NCBI GenBank assembly: GCA_049999805.1
Contig: JBNGIO010006129.1
Location: forward strand, 162,276 to 203,308
Direction of reading: 5' to 3'
Source of the DNA: Folioceros fuciformis
Taxonomy: Eukaryota
DNA length: 41,033 bases
Shown here: positions 34,132 to 41,033 of the stretch, one piece after another
Layout: every line of letters starts with the position of its first letter
Numbering within the stretch: position 1 is the first letter of the stretch
Notes under the pieces: generated by a model
Told to the model about the DNA's origin: nothing
Databases searched by the model: none
Seen by the model: only the letters and a program-made list of their open reading frames with translations
Translations under genes and position numbers: made by a program

Positions 34132-34822
34132 TCTCGTCCCTGTCGGATACCGAGCTCGGGTTCCCAGAGCTCCTTAGTCCCCCGTGGCAAGGAGCGGGGT
34201 TCCAACAGGGCTCGCACTCGGACATACTTCACCTTCCTGAAAGACGTTTCACAACCATATGTGGACAGATTTTGGACTTTTTGTGCGTAATGTTGCTCTG
34301 TCACGCTCGGATATGTCTCGACTCGTCGTCGGAGCTGGTTGGCGCGTACAGGCCGTGGACGAGATCGAGACTCGGTAAGGGACAAGTGGCTTAAGGAAAT
34401 GCGTCGACAGCAGGACCGCACGACGCGTGCCACCTCCAGCGCACGCCAACTTCCCGGTGTAGAAATCAATGCGTCACGTTACGTGCCTGACAGTGTTGTC
34501 TAACTTCATGGATATCCAAATACATCCGCCGGGTCCGCGTTTGCATGTGCTAAAGCGGTGAAAGCTCGAAAAAGTGGCAATCGAGGATTAGATGACGGCG
34601 GTACCAGCGGATGGGAAGTGCATGTGAAGGCACTGAAAAGAAATTGGTGTGATCTACTGGTTGTTACATCATGACGAATATCTTCCGGCATTGTGCAGCA
34701 TACAGCATTGCCGGGTCAAGCCAAATCAGAAAACTTGGCAAAGAAAACAAGCTGAGAGCTCCTGCTATGTCAATCCTATGAGCTCGGTGGGGTGACATAC
34801 AACTGCAAACGCACAACGAGCT

Positions 34823-35434
34823 CTAAAAGACACCGAAAAATGGGAACAGCTGCACAAACGGAGCGGCCACCAGCAGAATGAGGCCGATAGTGACCGGGAT
34901 GCCCTTCGTCTCCGCGAACGCCTTCCTGAAGCCGCCGGCAGCGTTGATGTGCTCGTAGAGGAGATAGGCACTGATACCCAGGCTGATGAAGATGGCCAGG
35001 GCAGAGTAGCGTCCTACGGCGCTGCCGTAAGCGAGGAAGTAAGGGGAAACAACCACAAGAAGGATAAGGGCCGCTGGAAGCTCCAGCACGTCGGGGAAGT
35101 GACGGGGGAAGAAAAGCTTGAGCACCACGGCGATGAAGGCGATCACCTTGCCGAAGGTTCCCCACAGCCAGTTGAAGATGAGGTCCGGAAGGTTGATGAA
35201 GAGGTAGGGAATGAGCAGCGCGGTAAGGAAGTTGGTGCGCCAGTTGGTGCGATCCAAGATGAGCAGGTAGACGGCGGCGAAGAAGGCCAGCCACAGCAGC
35301 CCGCCTGCGGCCCACGAGGCCTGCAGCACCTGGCCAGTGTGCATCGCTAGGTTGTTGACGGCCGTGGCCAGCGCCTGGACGTCGTCACTGAGCCCGTCAG
35401 TGCGCTGCGCAATGAATGTCCGCTGGAGACCCAT
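34823..35434 (-). CDS. COR413-PM: Cold-regulated 413 plasma-membrane protein (WCOR413 family), intronless
   Basis: Signature AAVYLLILDRTNWRTN.LT.LL.PY...LFFPRHFPD.LELP...YLL.EHI.A.GGF, with several hydrophobic helices. Confidence 0.95.
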   Translation of the reverse strand: MGLQRTFIAQRTDGLSDDVQALATAVNNLAMHTGQVLQASWAAGGLLWLAFFAAVYLLILDRTNWRTNFLTALLIPYLFINLPDLIFNWLWGTFGKVIAFIAVVLKLFFPRHFPDVLELPAALILLVVVSPYFLAYGSAVGRYSALAIFISLGISAYLLYEHINAAGGFRKAFAETKGIPVTIGLILLVAAPFVQLFPFFGVF

Positions 35435-35683
35435 GTCAATCCGCTCTCAAGCAGGCTCGGCGGGGGAGGGTGGAGATGGTCGGGGACAGTGCAGCGAAGA
35501 CAGCAACAACGGAGCGAAGAGGATGGAGAATGGAGAAGCTCACCTCTCGAAGAGGAATGTTCGCGCTTTTAAATGGACGCAAATTCGGGTCCAATAATAT
35601 CCCGGTCTGGTTGCTGATGGCTAGGGTATGGCTGCAATGTGGCCACCAGACGACAGGGCGCAGCGCTGGCGAGTTCATGGGAC

Positions 35684-35689
35684 CACGTG
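35684..35689. promoter_or_regulatory. G-box/ABRE-like CACGTG in the COR413/SdpI divergent spacer
   Basis: CACGTG lies 250 bp upstream of the COR413 ATG and reads GCACGTGG on the minus strand. A TTTAAAA TATA-like element lies near 35570. Motif match only. Confidence 0.4.
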
Positions 35690-36128
35690 CCGTGCTTTGG
35701 CCCCGTCCAGCTGGGGTCCCATGTTTCCAGCCAGCGCATGCTCGGGGCCAACGTTTCGGCTGAGCCTTCCCGCCTTCACTTCCCGCGCCGGGATCCGGGT
35801 GCTTACAATTCGGGCCCCGCCTCTGCTGCAAGCATTTTCAAGTCTCGAAGCTGGTACAGTAAAAATGCACATTCCAATCTGAATTTTGCATTTTATGGCT
35901 TCCGTGTTTTGGGCACGGACGGAATGACTGGTTGATGCAGGAGTGCTAGGCAGGGCAGGGGGGAATAAGCCTGTCCGTGTTGTGGCTGATAGACTTCGTT
36001 GCTCCTGTCGTGGTTTAGGGTGATGCGGTGCTGGAGGGCGTCATGAAGAGGTCGAGCATGAACGAGGAGAAGTGAGGGAGGAGGTTGAGCTCGGCAGCCC
36101 GTTCCGGGCGAGGAGGACGAAGGGCAAG

Positions 36129-36779
36129 ATGCAAGTCACGAGCTTCAAGGGGGTGCAGGCGGCTGTTTTCGCTGCGGTGCTGGGAGTGCTGTTGTCGCTG
36201 GGCTTCTTAGCATGGCTCCCGTCTTACATGGTCATATGGGGGATGCATGTGCCCCGCTTTGTGGGACTGTTTCTCATTCCCGTCGTGGGCTTGCTGCTCT
36301 CGGGGTTTCTCTCGCTCATTGTGAGCTGTGACCCGCATCTGGTTGACCATTCTTCCAACTCCCGCGCAGCCATTTGGGGTGTGGTGATTCTGCCTTCGGT
36401 GTTCGCAGTGCCGGCGCACGCTGTTGCGCTCTGGGCTAACGCCAGACACGAGGAACTCGGTCTCACCCCTTGGGTTTTTCTGTCGGGCTTGCTGCTCATC
36501 TATTTGGGAGTGATATTCAGGTATGTGGAGCAGAATTATGTGGTGGGCATCAGAGATGTGTGGACTCTCAGAAGCTCCGAGGTGTGGGAGGACACTCATC
36601 GCTGGGCTGCAGTGTTGTTTGTGATCTTTGGAGTTCTGGGCCTGGTGCTTACTTGGTTCGTGCCCGCCGGGTTCCTTCAGATAGTGACCATAGTAGGCCT
36701 CATTGTGGTCCCTAGTGTCATTTCCGTTGTGTATTCTTACATCATCAGGTCTGATAGATATCAGTACATTGTGAGGTAG
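36129..36779 (+). CDS. SdpI/YhfL-family multi-pass membrane protein (bacterial-type toxin-immunity family), CDS intronless, 216 aa
   Basis: About six hydrophobic segments. C-terminal signature G..FRYVEQNYVVGIRDVWTLRSSEVWEDTHR...F...G and terminal VYSY, versus the recalled bacterial pattern GN.LPK...NY.vGIRTPWTL..EEVW.KTHR...VYSY. N-terminal LP....W..LFLIP..DP resembles the DUF1648 region. Confidence 0.85.
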   Translation: MQVTSFKGVQAAVFAAVLGVLLSLGFLAWLPSYMVIWGMHVPRFVGLFLIPVVGLLLSGFLSLIVSCDPHLVDHSSNSRAAIWGVVILPSVFAVPAHAVALWANARHEELGLTPWVFLSGLLLIYLGVIFRYVEQNYVVGIRDVWTLRSSEVWEDTHRWAAVLFVIFGVLGLVLTWFVPAGFLQIVTIVGLIVVPSVISVVYSYIIRSDRYQYIVR

Positions 36780-37369
36780 GTTTGCCTTCCTTTATCGCTC
36801 TAAAAGACCTTTTCTAGGTACCTATTTGATATTTGGACGTCCTCCGAGCGCAACAGTATACCTATTTTGTAAGGATGAGTTTTCCAACTCTTGTGGTCTA
36901 CTGCCTTGATGAGCTGAGGACCTAGCACAAGGAGTTGTCCGTTGCTACACTCTCGTGTACATATTGTGGAACATTAAAATGTCTGCGTCAGACTTGCCCA
37001 TCTTACATTTCCTGTGCAGTTAGAGGCCCTGAAGTTAAGACAATCTACCGTGTGTTGGACAAAATCACTTTCAAACATTTGAGCATGGACATCTTGACAC
37101 GTCTGCCATCCTTTCATGCAAAGGCGTCGAAATTGAAGGACTCCCTTACATCTCATTTTTATGAAGCAAACCAGTTGGCTGAAGCCAGGTACATATACTG
37201 TCATTCGAACATGTGACAAACTGAGGAGAGTAAGACAGCCCCGCATGGATACCACAAGCGAAGCTGGTTGTCAGAAAGGCAAGGTGCTCGCTGGATGGCA
37301 CAAGGAGGCAGGGTTAGTCTGTTTGAGCGTCACTGATAGGTGGCCTACGTCGGTAGGTTAGAGAAAGGC

Positions 37370-37439
37370 TGGAAGAGAAAACAGCACCTGTCATTCCTGC
37401 TACTAAAAGCGATGGAAGAGAAAGCAGCACCTGTCATTC
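37370..37439. repeat. 27-bp direct repeat x2 (TGGAAGAGAAA[A/G]CAGCACCTGTCATTC), spaced 43 bp
   Basis: Copies at 37370-37396 and 37413-37439 with one mismatch. Confidence 0.92.
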
Positions 37440-37553
37440 ATGATACTGGACCTGCCGTGGACTAAAGCACACTTGGCACGTCATGGCCCGTGTTGCGCGG
37501 CTACCTGGACATATCACCTCAAGCCGGCTTGTTCATAGTTATGTGTGTATTTC

Positions 37554-37561
37554 TATAAAAA
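37554..37561 (+). promoter_or_regulatory. Candidate TATA box (TATAAAAA) of the NTF2-like gene
   Basis: Canonical motif 134 bp upstream of the ATG at 37688. Confidence 0.5.
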
Positions 37562-37687
37562 TCTTGGATGGCACGTACACTGCACCTTATTGTCCTCCCT
37601 CCCTGCGTGTCGGTGCGTTCCGCATTTACGCTACGGCATCTGCTCGCTCCTGCCACTAGGCAATCTGGTTTAGGGACGATCTTAGCT

Positions 37688-39053
37688 ATGGCCCAGCCCA
37701 CACATGAAGGTGTTACTCTGAGTTCTCGCTCATTTCCTCATTTGCAATATGCAGGCGCTCAATTGCTACCGCGGGGTGACCTTTTGGTGTTTGCTGTCCT
37801 GTTCCTGAAGAGGAGCCAGCTCAAAATGCTGAGGCCCCTACAGCTCGCCCGGCGGACGAGCAGAAACGACTTGGGAGCCTGGCCCGCAACATAATTCCTC
37901 ACGTTTTGAACCTGTGCATCTTCTCGCACCTTCTATCCTTACCTTTGAATGTTCATGTTCAAGTTCTCGTCTGAGTCCGAGTCCGAGTCCGAGTCCGAGT
38001 CCGAGTCCGAGTCCTCGGCTTGCATGTTACAGCCTAATCACTTCTCTACGCCCGTGCAGCTATAATTGTACAGCTACCGCAAGCGATTTCGACATCTACT
38101 CACAGGATGCCACCTTTGAAGATCCTCTCATGCGTGCCCGAGGGTAACATCTCTGCCTGTACCTCCATGCCAGGTGCTATGAAGTAGGTGGGAAGGAGCC
38201 TAGGTCGGTCAGTGACTTTATGTCGTCCTGGTTACTGCAGTGTCCCACAGATCAAGTCCGCATTCTATTCAATCCCTAAAGTAAGTGTCAGTCTTCTAGG
38301 CAGCGTCTGACGCTGCGTTCATCCTGAGAGACAGGAGTTCATGACTGTGGCAAGGTAAAAGCAGTTGAACTTGGCAGGTATTTAAAGAGGCTAAGCTCAC
38401 AGAGTATGAAGTTGAGGAGTCAGAAACAAGCTCCGGAACTGGAGAAGTGAGTTCTTTCCCGATGGTTCTTTCAGTTCTGTCGTCCCAAATAGTACACAAA
38501 TTATTCCGTGCCTCTTGTAAGCTAACCTACGCTCCATGCCTGGTGGCTTGTTTTGTTTTCGAGCAGATAAGGATCAAAAACCTGCAACATTATAAGATCG
38601 TGGGGCGACAAATCGACATGAATTCTCTCATCAAGCTGCAGGTCGGGAGTCCTAGTGCTGCTTGGCTGGTTGCATATTCAAGCTTTATACCCTCCAGTGT
38701 TCACTTTGGAAAATGGGCTGTTCACTGACAACAGGTTCAATCTGTCCCTTGCACCGGCTGATTCTTGCTGCCATCTGGACGCTGCAGGTTGAAAACGGTC
38801 TAGTTGTGAGGCATGAAGATCTGTACGTACATGTTCACCTCAAGCTTGTTATGCCACATCTTGTTATTGTCTCTTGCGTTTTCATGATTTCCTGTGCAAT
38901 CTTAGGTGGGATGAGAAACCCCTGTGGAATAAGGACACGATCAAGTGGCCCCTAGTCGGTCGTGCAGCGTCGGCATTGCGTCGAGGGAACATGTTCGTGA
39001 CTCATGCTCTCATGGGCTTTGGGAAGGATCCAAAGCCGAAGGCAGACAACTGA
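37688..39053 (+). CDS. NTF2-like (SnoaL-like) family protein, 8 exons
   Basis: Spliced product IIPHVLNLY.CTATASDFDIYSQDATFEDPLMRARGVPQIKSAFYSIPKVF...QHYKIVGRQIDM.SLIKL.VENG.VVRHEDLWDEKPL...THALMGFGKDP matches the conserved plant NTF2-like family. GT-AG phases are consistent. Confidence 0.9.
37973..38014. repeat. (GAGTCC)7 hexanucleotide microsatellite in an intron of the NTF2-like gene
   Basis: Read directly. Confidence 0.95.
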
Positions 39054-39795
39054 CATTAATCTCAGTAGTTCATAACTGCTCACGAATCCCTTGCCCGCTG
39101 TACATACAGTTACATGATCCTCTTTCGTGTGTACAAAAAATTGTGAAAAATGTGTGGCTGACCGTGGAAGTTCCGATTGCTCTCCATGGCTTTCAGTGTG
39201 CTACCGTGTCACATTTTGGTAAATCGTGTTACCAGTTGGCATGCACCTTAGAGTCTTTCCCTTGAAAGTGGAACCTCGACGAGGACAGAGCAGCCTTAGG
39301 CAAAACTTCATTCGTTGTCAACTTATCTCAAATTGAAACTTTTACAAAGCTTTTTCCTGCAAATATGAAGTATGATATTTCTATAACCAGGGCCACCTTG
39401 CGTAGACCCTGGTGCACTACCCCACTGGTAAATGGGCCAGATCGTGAAGCTGCCACTGTGCCCATGCACATGGGCATGAACATGAAATGTGGAGATTACT
39501 GAAGACAGCCTGAAACAAAACGAATGTTTCTGCCAACTGCGCAGCTCGGACACCTGGGACCTGGAAACAGGAAATGGCGTGCAGTGTGCACGCGGTCTTG
39601 CACCCCCAACTTACGGCATGGACATGGAAACATTTTAATCAGGTTATCCGGCGTACAAAATAGTAGCCAGAACACAGCTAGCAAGCAGGCAGGAGAATCC
39701 AAAGCAGGAAAGGAGAAGCCTCGCCATCACCTTATCTGGCGTACAGAATGATAGGAGTCAGAGCACAGCCAGAGAGCGGGAGTTGGACACGGAAT

Positions 39796-40999
39796 TCAAA
39801 GGGATGGAATGGAGAGCGATTCACTGCAGCCGGGGTGCGAGTGCATGCGTCGCATGAAGGCGACTTCCAGCTCCTCGCATTTCTCCCGTGTCGGGATGGC
39901 AACTGGTGCTGGGAGGATGGTGGGTGCTGGCGGCGCGTGTGCTAGCATGCGCAATCCCATCTCGTAAGCAGAGAAAATAGCAGCATTCACAATGTAGGCT
40001 CGCGCCACGGCCGCCCCTAGCCCTCGGAAAAGAACCGAGTACCCTTCCTCGCGCACGCTCTTAACGGCGCAGTCCAGAATGCCTGCATATCGGAGATTGG
40101 CACGAGTCTGGCCTTGTATCCTCGACTTGATCACGTCCAACGGGTAGCAGCACACCCAGCTCAACACCCCCGCAATGCCACCCGCGTTCAGCACCGTCAT
40201 TACGCTCTCCTTCCCCTCCTTCCTGCACCCCGGAGACAACGTCTCGCGGACGTACTCGTACGCGGCGAAGTAGACAGCGTGGCTGGGTGCGTCCCGCAAC
40301 ACGGTGATGGTGAAGCCGCGGTACAATCCCCGCAATCCTTCCGCCCGCCCAATGCTCTGCGCGAGCGCAAGCGAACCCTGTCGAGAATTTTCTGCCTGCC
40401 CCAAGCCAGTGGACAATCTTGAATCGACTTGGAGCTGTCGCCGAATTTTCAGCAGATCCACCGGCGTCAGCACGGTGGCCTGAAACGCCCCCGCCCCGGC
40501 GCCGGCGAGGGCAACCTTGGCGTACGATAATGGCTGGTCTGAGACGGAATTCGAGAGCGCGTCCTTCAGAAGTGCGAATGCTTGGAACGTGACCGCATTC
40601 TGCAGTTGTGTAACACACACGCCATTAGGCGGACTTCAAAACTGAAAAATGGTCTTGAACTTCGCTGGCTCACTCAATCCTGCAATCTGAAGGATTTAGG
40701 TGCATGGTTATGGCTGCTGGATGTTTTCCCACCTGGACAGCGATGGAAGCGAGGGGCGTGCCCATGCCCTTGAACAGGGCCAATCTGCCTTCGGACGCCA
40801 CCATTTTCCGTGCCACGGCGAATGGACAAACAGCCTCAGGCCCAGCGAATCGCTGCGGCTGCTGCAACCGGATCCTCACCGTGTCCAAGGGATGACCGCA
40901 CACAACGCCTGCCATTCCCCCCATGGCGCCAGCCAGAAACTCCTTCCCCCACGCTCCAAACACGAAGTCCCCCTCCCTCTGCTTCATGGACAGTTCCAT
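39796..40999 (-). CDS. BAC2: Mitochondrial carrier (SLC25), basic amino-acid carrier BAC2-like; join(40999-40733,40599-39796)
   Basis: Three PX[DE]XX[KR] motifs (HPLDTVRIR, TPVDLLKIR, YPLDVIKSR). Subfamily blocks WGKEFLAG, ITVLRDAP.H.VYF, YEYVRE.L.PGCRK and ARAYIVNAAIF. One GT-AG intron. The start codon is close to the window edge. Confidence 0.9.
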
Positions 41000-41033
41000 G
41001 ATCTCCGAGTTCTGGTACAATGCAGGGCGAAGG

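Noticed and set aside
32917-35350. Long antisense and alternative-frame ORFs over the dehydrogenase and COR413
   Set aside because: Expected shadows of high-GC coding sequence.
37568-37687. Upstream in-frame ATG for the NTF2-like gene
   Set aside because: It lies only 7 nt after the TATA candidate, so it is probably upstream of the TSS; 37688 is preferred.

Overview
Gene-dense nuclear DNA from a land plant with short spliceosomal introns (mostly about 75-130 nt). The compact layout suggests a small-genome non-seed plant such as a hornwort, which is inference only. Nine protein-coding genes can be reconstructed by hand: a DUF1639-like protein (+), a long U2AF65-related splicing factor (-), an ATRX/CHR20 chromatin remodeller (+), a UND-U-box-ARM E3 ligase of the PUB13/SPL11 type (+), an intronless Zn-dependent MDR dehydrogenase of the HER2 type (-), an intronless COR413-PM (-), an intronless bacterial-type SdpI-family membrane protein (+), an NTF2-like protein (+) and a BAC2-like mitochondrial carrier (-). 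Two AT-richer, repeat-laden tracts (about 1-1900 and 13450-16300) look like decayed mobile DNA, and there is a 100-N assembly gap. The most unusual observations are the SdpI-like gene set head-to-head with COR413 (a horizontal-transfer candidate), a PUB gene whose three introns are all in-frame and stop-free, four GC-AG introns, and a triple ~60-aa repeat in the U2AF65-like N-terminus. All family assignments come from recognised motifs, not database searches.
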